A stretch of 35,614 bases of DNA, from IMG/VR virus record IMGVR_UViG_3300048064_000264; one strand, 5' to 3'. Under the pieces are notes generated by a model. It made no database searches, was not told the DNA's origin, and worked only from the letters and a program-made list of their open reading frames with translations. The first letter of the stretch is position 1, and every line of letters begins with the position of its first letter. The translations under genes and the position numbers were made by a program. Origin of the DNA: a virus. Below are positions 14,674 to 22,128 of this stretch, in pieces.

Positions 14674-15657
14674 ATGACGTTACAAAGCAGTGGAGCAATA
14701 TCACTAGCAAATATTGCGTCTGAATTTGGAGGCTCTACACCACACTCTTTAAGCGAATATTATTTAGGTCATAGCGGAATACCTTCGAGCGGCACAATAA
14801 GTATGAGCCAATTTTATGGTACAAGCTCACCTTCATATGTTTACGCAAGTGGCGGCAGTGTTTCGCAAAGTGGCAATTACAGAACACATTATTTTTATGG
14901 TGCTGGATATTTAAATGTTACAAACTCTGGCAATGCGGCAGGGTCACAGTCTGTGACTGCCTTAATCATTGCAGGGGGCGGTGGCGGCGCAGGAATAGGC
15001 GGCGGTGGTGCAGGGGGTTATAGATACCTTTCATTTAATATTGGAACAGGCAACCATTACGTTGGAGTAGGCGGCGGTGGCGGCGGTTCGTATGGAAATT
15101 ACAATACAGCAAAAGGTGGCAATGGTGGCAATAGTTCGTTTTACGGCTATACATCAACTGGCGGTGGTGGCGGTGCGGCAACCGAAAACTGGTACGGGAC
15201 AGTGCCTTACGCCCCTGCGGGAAGCGGTGGTTCTGGCGGCGGCGCAGGGTTTGCGACTTCTGTAACAACAACCTACTCAGGCGGTAGCGGTATTAGTGGC
15301 CAAGGTCATAACGGCGGTTCTGGTTCTAGACTAGCAGGCGGCGGTGGCGGTGGTGCGGCGGCGGCAGGGCAAAACGGTCACGCAAGGGCAACCCATCATG
15401 GCGGAAACGGTGGTTCTGGCTCTTATCATTTCAGTGGAGCCAGAGGCGGTGGCGGCGGTGGTGTTACTTGGTCTTACAATGCTCCAAGCCCTGCAAGTGG
15501 CGGTTATGGTGGTGGCGGCAACGGTGGTGCGATTAATACTCACCAAGTAAGCGCAGGGTCAACGAACACTGGTGGCGGCGGTGGTGCGGCTTGGACAACT
15601 GGCGGCTCTAAAAATGGCGGTTCTGGTATTGTTATTATTCAGTATAGGTTTCAGTAG
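14674..15657 (+). CDS. Glycine-rich protein (Gly_rich/ALK-LTK-like poly-GGGG beta-structure candidate)
   Basis: N-terminal SSGAISLANIASEFGG motif, then many GGGGxG runs (IIAGGGGGAGIGGGGAGGY...). Confidence 0.6.
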   Translation: MTLQSSGAISLANIASEFGGSTPHSLSEYYLGHSGIPSSGTISMSQFYGTSSPSYVYASGGSVSQSGNYRTHYFYGAGYLNVTNSGNAAGSQSVTALIIAGGGGGAGIGGGGAGGYRYLSFNIGTGNHYVGVGGGGGGSYGNYNTAKGGNGGNSSFYGYTSTGGGGGAATENWYGTVPYAPAGSGGSGGGAGFATSVTTTYSGGSGISGQGHNGGSGSRLAGGGGGGAAAAGQNGHARATHHGGNGGSGSYHFSGARGGGGGGVTWSYNAPSPASGGYGGGGNGGAINTHQVSAGSTNTGGGGGAAWTTGGSKNGGSGIVIIQYRFQ

Positions 15658-16065
15658 ATGGCGCATTTTGCAAGATTAGATGGAAACAAAGTTATTGATA
15701 TTGTTGTAGTAGATAATAACGATATTATAGGCGCAGACGGAAATGAAAGCGAAGCTGTTGGTGTTGTTTTTTTAAAAGATATGTTTGGTCAAGATACGGT
15801 CTGGAAACAAACAAGTTGGAATTATAATTTTAGAAAAAACTATGCGATGATTGGCGGCACTTACGATGCTGACAAAGATGCGTTTATTGATGTAAAGCCT
15901 GATTTTGCGTCTTGGCAGTTAAATGAAGAAACTTGCATATGGGAAGCACCAGTACCAATGCCAGATGACCACGAAACAAATCCTGTCCGTTGGGATGAAG
16001 AAAACCAAGAATGGGTTGATTTTACCCCATTAGGTGACGAACCAGATTTAGGAGAAAAACCGTAA
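15658..16065 (+). CDS. Hypothetical protein, 135 aa (MAHFARLDGNKVIDIVVV type)
   Basis: ORF abutting its neighbours. This N-terminal pattern recurs in tail regions of many phages. Confidence 0.6.
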   Translation: MAHFARLDGNKVIDIVVVDNNDIIGADGNESEAVGVVFLKDMFGQDTVWKQTSWNYNFRKNYAMIGGTYDADKDAFIDVKPDFASWQLNEETCIWEAPVPMPDDHETNPVRWDEENQEWVDFTPLGDEPDLGEKP

Positions 16066-16698
16066 ATGTTAGGCTTTTCCCCATTAGCAACAACTGCGCT
16101 AGGCTCACCAACAGCTAACGAAGCGCACACAATGCAAGTCACAAGCGGTACGTTTACGCTTTCTATGCAAGGTGCAGGACAATTAATAACTGACATTTAT
16201 CCAAGCGGAACATTCACGCTAAGTGGTCAATCTGTCGGATTAAGTGCAGGGCGTCCGTCTACATTTACAACAGGTTCTTTTACTTTAAGTGGTCAAAATA
16301 TAGACTTCGACCAAAACTTTGGCTTAATTATAGATAGCGTTTATAACAGCGCGACATTTACCTATGCAGGGCAAAATATAGTTTTTGATACTGGTTTCGG
16401 TATGGTGCTTGCTAGCGGTTCTTTTACTTCTAGTGGTCAAAGTGTAGATTTTACAAAACAAATGAACATAGGGGCTGACACAGGTGCTTTTACCCTAACA
16501 GGGCAAGACGCACTAAAAGGAATAAGTGATGTAGTTAGCCAAGGGGTGTTCACTTACACAGGCCAAGCCGTAGACATGACTGTTCAACGCTATTTTGGTG
16601 CAGAAACAGCAAGTTTTACATATAGTTTTAATGAATTTAAAATTAGAGGTTGGCTAACGCCTAATGTTCCCGCTGAAATATGGACGGATGTAGCCTAA
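16066..16698 (+). CDS. Tail-associated repeat protein with 8 tandem (S/T)G(T/S)FT(L/Y)(S/T)GQ units
   Basis: Repeats are visible in the translation with a period of about 21-26 aa. Confidence 0.65.
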   Translation: MLGFSPLATTALGSPTANEAHTMQVTSGTFTLSMQGAGQLITDIYPSGTFTLSGQSVGLSAGRPSTFTTGSFTLSGQNIDFDQNFGLIIDSVYNSATFTYAGQNIVFDTGFGMVLASGSFTSSGQSVDFTKQMNIGADTGAFTLTGQDALKGISDVVSQGVFTYTGQAVDMTVQRYFGAETASFTYSFNEFKIRGWLTPNVPAEIWTDVA

Positions 16699-16729
16699 CA
16701 TGATATGCTCTAAGAAATAGGAGAAAAAA

Positions 16730-17581
16730 ATGGCAATTAGTATTTCAAAACCGACTATTGGAGGTAGTGAGGGAACATGGGGGCAAACAATCAATGATGC
16801 GCTTGATGTAATTGTCAATGCCGCTAATGGTACGACAGGCACGATTGCGCCAAATTTAACAACAATAACAATAAACGGTGTTTCTAGTAGCGTAACAGCC
16901 CCTAAATTAGATTTATTAAACAGTTTAAGCACTTCTGGAACTGTTATGCAAAGTTTTGTTTTAGAAGATGGTGATGGAACAGAAGTAACTATTACCGAAG
17001 GTAAAGAAGTTAAGTTTGTAGAAGGTCACGGTATAGACATTAACTGGACTGACACTTCAACAGGTTCAGACGCAGACCCTTACGATTTAGAGTTTTCGCT
17101 TAAAACCGATATGCGAATAAACAGTAATACAGATGTTTATACTGGCAATTCTAACGACTACATTCATTATGATACTGATGTAGGTATGCGTTTTTATACC
17201 AACCAAGCTGAAGATATGCGGCTGACAGACGGTGGAGACTTGCACGTTGATGGAAATATTATTGGTTATTCTTCAACAATTTCTGACCAAAGGTTAAAGG
17301 GCAACATTAATAAAATAGACAACGCATTAGATAAACTCATGCAAATTAATGGTTACACATTTACTTATAATCACGATGGAAAGCAAAGCGCAGGGGTGAT
17401 AGCGCAAGAAGTTGAAAACATTATGCCAAGCGCAGTTCAAAGCACTAATTTAGTTTTTAACGAAGATAATAATGTTGAGTTTAAAACAGTGCAATATGAC
17501 CAACTTCATGGCTTGTTAATCGAAGCAATAAAAGAGTTAAAAGCTGAATTAGAGGAACTTAAAAATGCCTCTGCCAAGTAG
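16730..17581 (+). CDS. Second tail fibre/spike protein with a C-terminal S74 intramolecular chaperone domain
   Basis: C-terminus SDQRLKGNINKI...GVIAQEVENIMPSAV...[17 protein letters not shown]. Confidence 0.8.
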   Translation: MAISISKPTIGGSEGTWGQTINDALDVIVNAANGTTGTIAPNLTTITINGVSSSVTAPKLDLLNSLSTSGTVMQSFVLEDGDGTEVTITEGKEVKFVEGHGIDINWTDTSTGSDADPYDLEFSLKTDMRINSNTDVYTGNSNDYIHYDTDVGMRFYTNQAEDMRLTDGGDLHVDGNIIGYSSTISDQRLKGNINKIDNALDKLMQINGYTFTYNHDGKQSAGVIAQEVENIMPSAVQSTNLVFNEDNNVEFKTVQYDQLHGLLIEAIKELKAELEELKNASAK

Positions 17582-18380
17582 TGGCCAGATAACAATAAAC
17601 CAAATTCACGTTGAAGCGGGTGGTGGAAGCGGCTCACAAGCCGCAATAAACGATGCTGATATTCGTGACATGATTGGCAAAGGGTCAAACGCAGAAAACA
17701 GATTTAATGACTACTATGGTGTTTCTGCCGCTTCCCCTGTCGCGACTTACAAAGGCCGCACACTCACAACTGGCAATGGCTTCCCAACTGGTAACGTTAC
17801 TTTAAGTTCTGGCTCAAAGTTAGTTGTTGTTACCTGTCAGCTTGCAGGGGGTGGGAATACCTATGTAAATGTAGGTGGTGTTAGCGCAACGCTTGCCGCA
17901 AAAATGGATACAGCGCCTACTGGTGGCGTTTGGGGCGCAGGGCTTACATCAGCAGTTTATTATTTAGTAACTTCTGCCTCTGGTTCTACGCAAATTACTG
18001 GTAACGGTGGCAGTGGTAGGTCAATGACCCATGTTTGGGAAATAACAGGTTATAATAGTTCTACACCTACAGCTACCGCAACGGCTCAAAATACTGATAA
18101 TACAAGTTTTTCAAAAACCATTTCGCTTTCAACACAATACAACGGAGTGACTATTGGTTCTGGAATAACTGAGGATACTAATCCTGCGGGGTCGGTAACT
18201 GTTAGCAATTCAGACCAAATAGTACAACAAGATTTAGAAAGTGCCACTAATCATTTTTGTTGGAAAGATGAAGGTACATCGACAGGAACGACGAGTTATT
18301 TATGTGACCAAAATAGCCCTGCAAGCAATGTTGTTTCGGGGTCAGCAATCATGCAATTATCTGCCGCACATTGGAAATAA
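17565..18380 (+). CDS. Tail-fibre-associated protein with an SSGQITINQI N-terminal motif
   Basis: Shares its N-terminal motif and its position after an S74 fibre gene with 14674..15657. Confidence 0.6.
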   Translation: MPLPSSGQITINQIHVEAGGGSGSQAAINDADIRDMIGKGSNAENRFNDYYGVSAASPVATYKGRTLTTGNGFPTGNVTLSSGSKLVVVTCQLAGGGNTYVNVGGVSATLAAKMDTAPTGGVWGAGLTSAVYYLVTSASGSTQITGNGGSGRSMTHVWEITGYNSSTPTATATAQNTDNTSFSKTISLSTQYNGVTIGSGITEDTNPAGSVTVSNSDQIVQQDLESATNHFCWKDEGTSTGTTSYLCDQNSPASNVVSGSAIMQLSAAHWK

Positions 18381-18381
18381 T

Positions 18382-20208
18382 ATGCCTTTAGTACCACTAG
18401 ATTTAAAAGCAGGGTTTTATAAAAACGGAACGGAGCTTGATGCTATTAACAGGTGGCATGACGGAAGTTTAGTCAGGTGGCGAGATGGCTCGTTACGGCC
18501 TATAGGCGGGTGGCAAAATTTTAAAAAAGGCTTTTGTGCAAATCCAATTAGAGGCGCACACGCTTGGGAAAGCAATAACGGTACTGCATATTTTGCGGCG
18601 GGTAGTTATAACGAACTGACAGCAATGACAGGCTCAGGCATAACATACGATATAACGCCAACATCAATGTCTACTGGAAGGGAAGATGCAGGGTTAAATT
18701 TAGGTTTTGGCGGTGGATTTTATGGAACTGGGTACTTTGGAACGCAACGCCCTGCGACTGGTACATATTCTGAGGCAACAAGTTGGTCACTTGATAATTT
18801 TGGTCAATATTTAGTTGGTGTGCATTACGACACTGGAACGCTTGTAGAATGGCAATTAGGGTCTAGTGCCGTTGCCGCTCCTGTTGCAAATGCGCCAACT
18901 AATAATTTAGGTTTAGTTGTAACAGAAGAACGATTTATATTCTTGCTCGGTGCAGGCAGTAACCCAAGAAAAGTCCAATGGTGTGACAAGGAAGCAAATA
19001 CTGTTTGGACGGCGGCGGCAACAAACGAAGCGGGTGACTTTACCTTGCAGACAACTGGTCAAATTATGCAGGGATTAAAAACCAGAGGGCAAACATTAAT
19101 TATAACAGATAGCGATGCGTTTTCTGCAAAATATCTTGGACCTCCTTATGTCTATGGCTTCGATAGGGTTGGAACTTCTTGCGGGGCTGTTTCGCGTATG
19201 TCGGCAGTAGATACTGACCAAGGTGCTTTCTGGATGGGGCAAAAAGGTTTTTTTGGCTTCGATGGCAACTCTGTTAAAGAAATATCATGTGAAGTTCACG
19301 ACTATGTTTTTGATGATATAAACGTCAACCAACAATCAAAAATTTGGGCTTGGAGCAACACAGAATTTAGTGAGGTGTGGTGGTTTTACCCATCAGCAAA
19401 TAGTTTAGAAATAAATCGTTATGTTGCAGTAGATTTAGCTGAAAACCATTGGTTAATAGGTAATTTGTCAAGAACTGGTGGAGTTTCTAGGGGTGTTTTT
19501 AGAACGCCAATTATGAGTGGAGAAAATGCTGAAAGTTTTACTTATAATGTAACGGTGGCTAACTCTGGCGGTAATAAATATTTTATATCGGAACATTCTG
19601 GAGCCGCCCCAACACTTACATTTATAAAAGGAAACACTTATAGGCTAGACCAATCAGACGCTACTAATATCGGTCATTTATTGCAGTTTTCTACAACTTC
19701 TAATGGGACACATGGCGGCGGGTCAGCGTATAGCACAAATGTAGTCACCACAGGTTCGGCGGGTAATGCAGGGGCATACACAGAAATAACAGTTACAGAT
19801 AGCACACCTACAACGCTTTATTATTATTGTACCGCTCATAGTGGAATGGGAGGAACAATAAACGTTATAGAGCCTGTTGCAGTTTTTAACCACGAACAAG
19901 GTCTAAATTATGATAATGGTGCTATTTTTTGCGAAACTGGACCAATTTCTATAGGCAACGGCGATGCTATTGCAAAAGTAACTGATGTTATACCTGACGA
20001 AAAAACACAAGGTGACGTTAATTTAAAATTTAAAACTAAGTTTTATCCTAACGATACCGAAACAACACATGGAACTTTTAACCCAAGTAACCCGACTTCT
20101 GTGCGTTTTACTGGCAGACAAATGAAAATGCGAGTTGAGGGAGACCAACCTACAGCGTGGCGAGTAGGAACAATGAAGCTAGAAACTAAATCGGGGGGCA
20201 GACGCTAA
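18382..20208 (+). CDS. Large tail structural protein (nozzle/tubular candidate) with an embedded cupredoxin-like domain
   Basis: ATG at 18382 lies 1 nt after the upstream stop, so the track start at 18241 is rejected. The translation shows repeated beta-strand-rich segments. The motif set GH...YYYCTAHSGMGG spans about 19534..19875. Confidence 0.7.
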   Translation: MPLVPLDLKAGFYKNGTELDAINRWHDGSLVRWRDGSLRPIGGWQNFKKGFCANPIRGAHAWESNNGTAYFAAGSYNELTAMTGSGITYDITPTSMSTGREDAGLNLGFGGGFYGTGYFGTQRPATGTYSEATSWSLDNFGQYLVGVHYDTGTLVEWQLGSSAVAAPVANAPTNNLGLVVTEERFIFLLGAGSNPRKVQWCDKEANTVWTAAATNEAGDFTLQTTGQIMQGLKTRGQTLIITDSDAFSAKYLGPPYVYGFDRVGTSCGAVSRMSAVDTDQGAFWMGQKGFFGFDGNSVKEISCEVHDYVFDDINVNQQSKIWAWSNTEFSEVWWFYPSANSLEINRYVAVDLAENHWLIGNLSRTGGVSRGVFRTPIMSGENAESFTYNVTVANSGGNKYFISEHSGAAPTLTFIKGNTYRLDQSDATNIGHLLQFSTTSNGTHGGGSAYSTNVVTTGSAGNAGAYTEITVTDSTPTTLYYYCTAHSGMGGTINVIEPVAVFNHEQGLNYDNGAIFCETGPISIGNGDAIAKVTDVIPDEKTQGDVNLKFKTKFYPNDTETTHGTFNPSNPTSVRFTGRQMKMRVEGDQPTAWRVGTMKLETKSGGRR

Positions 20209-20555
20209 TGCCAGTTACACCGCCAGTTATCGGGACAGATATTCGCCAGTGGGGTAGAGAATTAAATTTATTTCTTAGCAGAAATTTAGGTAAACTTTTT
20301 TTTAAATCTTCGGGAGATGTGCCTGCCGATAATGGTATTTTTTTATGGGACGATGAAAAAAATTACCCTGTTGTTTCTTCAGATGGTGCATTTAGGCAAG
20401 TTGCAATGAAACAAGCAACGCCTAGTTCTAGTGTTGGGGCGGCAGGCGATGTATCAGGCATGATAGCTTGGGATGGTAATTATATTTATGTTTGTACGGC
20501 CTCACATGATGGCAGTACAGCTATTTGGAAACGTGTTTCTCTCAGTTCTTACTAG
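20208..20555 (+). CDS. Hypothetical virion protein, 115 aa
   Basis: TAATG overlap with the upstream gene. C-terminus GDVSGMIAWDGNYIYVCTASHDGSTAIWKRV is a pattern seen in many phage tail regions. Confidence 0.6.
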   Translation: MPVTPPVIGTDIRQWGRELNLFLSRNLGKLFFKSSGDVPADNGIFLWDDEKNYPVVSSDGAFRQVAMKQATPSSSVGAAGDVSGMIAWDGNYIYVCTASHDGSTAIWKRVSLSSY

Positions 20556-20577
20556 GGGTGTAATTAAATTTAAAATG

Positions 20578-20586
20578 TGGTATAGA
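20578..20586 (+). promoter_or_regulatory. Candidate extended -10 element, TGGTATAGA
   Basis: Part of the motif at 20560..20589 that is shared with 11471..11497. Confidence 0.3.
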
Positions 20587-20608
20587 ATAGATAGATTGGA
20601 GTAGAGTG

Positions 20609-21376
20609 ATGGGTGTTATGGACTTTTTATTGGGAAAACCCGCAAGCACTGAAAGTGACCCGCGAACAAAAGCGGCTAGGGATTTTATCCTTGACGAACT
20701 TATGAGAATATACGGCCAAGGTCCAATAAACGTTCCAAAGTATATTGCAGAAGTACCAGAGCAAAGATACAGCGGAACTAACAGTTTGTTATCTGCACTA
20801 GGTCTAGATACTGTTGCCCCCCCCCAAATGGATACAGTAAACATCGGCGGTATTAACGCTTATTCTAGTGAGCCATATCAGGAACAAATAGAAGCTGACT
20901 TTGCTGAAAAATACCCATCACTTTACGACCAATTAACAAATAGACCAGACCCATCAATGACTTCTTCTTTTCAACCAGTATCAGGTGGTGGTGGTGGCGG
21001 TGGTGGTTCTGACCCTTATCACGGTGGCGACAGCGTTACTGATTTCTTAGACCCAAATGGAAGATTTGGTTTGGCCGAACATATGGCTAGGCAAAAAAGA
21101 AATTATGCTGATGGCGTAACTCCAAACCCTAGTTTTGGTTATGGTCAAGATGATAAAGGCGGTGTTGTTGCTATTGGTTATAAAGGTGGACAAGTTGACC
21201 CTGCATTAGCTTCTGCCGCAGGGTATACAACTATAAAAGATAAAAATCCTTTTGATATGTCTTTTGGTGACCATATGAGCCAAATAGGAAGTGACGTTGG
21301 CACAATGGCAAGTAAAGTAGCAAACGATATTAAGAAAACTTCGCTAATTGGGAAAATATTTGGAGGCGGAAAATGA
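20609..21376 (+). CDS. Internal virion/ejection protein candidate
   Basis: ORF with a GGAG RBS upstream. It contains a Gly8 run and an in-frame C9 homopolymer. Confidence 0.55.
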   Translation: MGVMDFLLGKPASTESDPRTKAARDFILDELMRIYGQGPINVPKYIAEVPEQRYSGTNSLLSALGLDTVAPPQMDTVNIGGINAYSSEPYQEQIEADFAEKYPSLYDQLTNRPDPSMTSSFQPVSGGGGGGGGSDPYHGGDSVTDFLDPNGRFGLAEHMARQKRNYADGVTPNPSFGYGQDDKGGVVAIGYKGGQVDPALASAAGYTTIKDKNPFDMSFGDHMSQIGSDVGTMASKVANDIKKTSLIGKIFGGGK

Positions 21377-22128
21377 TAGGCGATAATATAAACGGTGTTT
21401 TCGTACAGCCAAGACCTTATGACGTACAGCCAACTCAAACAAATAATTCAAGCCAAAACAATGCAATGTCTGCACCAATTAATCCTAATGTTTTTCAGCA
21501 AACTACAAATGCACAACAAGTGGCGGGAAATGTTTATGACCAAATGGCAACGCAGGGAATAAACCCCAACGCTTACCAACAGTATATGAACCCTTATGTT
21601 GATGATGTAATAAATAGAACTCAACAAGACATTGAACGTCAAAGGCAAATGGCCGTTAATCAAAACTCTGCAAATGCAATGGGGCAAAATGCGTATGGTG
21701 GTTCTAGGTCAGCATTAGTTGATAGTTTAACCAACGCAGAATACGATAGAAACAGCCAAAATATGGCGGCGCAACAACGATTAGCGGGTTTTAATGCGGC
21801 GCAAAATATGGCGCAAAGAGATATGAACACAAGGCAATCAGGCGCGTCAGGGCTTACTGGTCTAAGCAATCAGATGTTTGGTCAAGGACAGTATGGCTTG
21901 CAACAACAACAACGGGCGGCAGAATTAGCGCAACGCCAACAACAAATGATGCTTGATGCGGCGCGACAACAAACACTAGCTAATTTAGGATACCCACGCG
22001 AAAATTTAAGTTATTACAATAGTATTTTTGGCGGGTTGCCACAATTTGACATAAATGTACCTGAGAGACCAGGATTATTTGACTTTCTAACTGCGGCAGG
22101 CAGTTTGCCGCCGATTCCTGGTTTTTAA
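21373..22128 (+). CDS. Gln/Asn-rich internal virion protein candidate
   Basis: ATGA overlap with the upstream gene. Strong Q/N bias in the translation. Confidence 0.55.
   Translation: MIGDNINGVFVQPRPYDVQPTQTNNSSQNNAMSAPINPNVFQQTTNAQQVAGNVYDQMATQGINPNAYQQYMNPYVDDVINRTQQDIERQRQMAVNQNSANAMGQNAYGGSRSALVDSLTNAEYDRNSQNMAAQQRLAGFNAAQNMAQRDMNTRQSGASGLTGLSNQMFGQGQYGLQQQQRAAELAQRQQQMMLDAARQQTLANLGYPRENLSYYNSIFGGLPQFDINVPERPGLFDFLTAAGSLPPIPGF

Noticed and set aside
15035-15550. Four ORFs (15035..15271-, 15077..15265+, 15331..15546-, 15344..15550+) inside the glycine-rich gene
   Set aside because: They are artefacts of the GGN-repeat composition. Stop codons are scarce in all frames, the products are Arg/Thr/Ala-rich nonsense, and none has an RBS.
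18241-18381. Upstream extension of the large tail protein ORF (track start 18241)
   Set aside because: The extension overlaps the 3' end of 17565..18380 in another frame. The ATG at 18382 lies 1 nt after that gene's stop and begins a conserved-looking N-terminus (MPLVPLDLKAGFY).
13460-20208. Possibility of a diversity-generating retroelement or phase-variable fibre system, given the duplicated fibre modules and repeats
   Set aside because: There is no reverse transcriptase, no template/variable repeat pair with adenine-specific differences, and no invertase or inverted-repeat-flanked segment.
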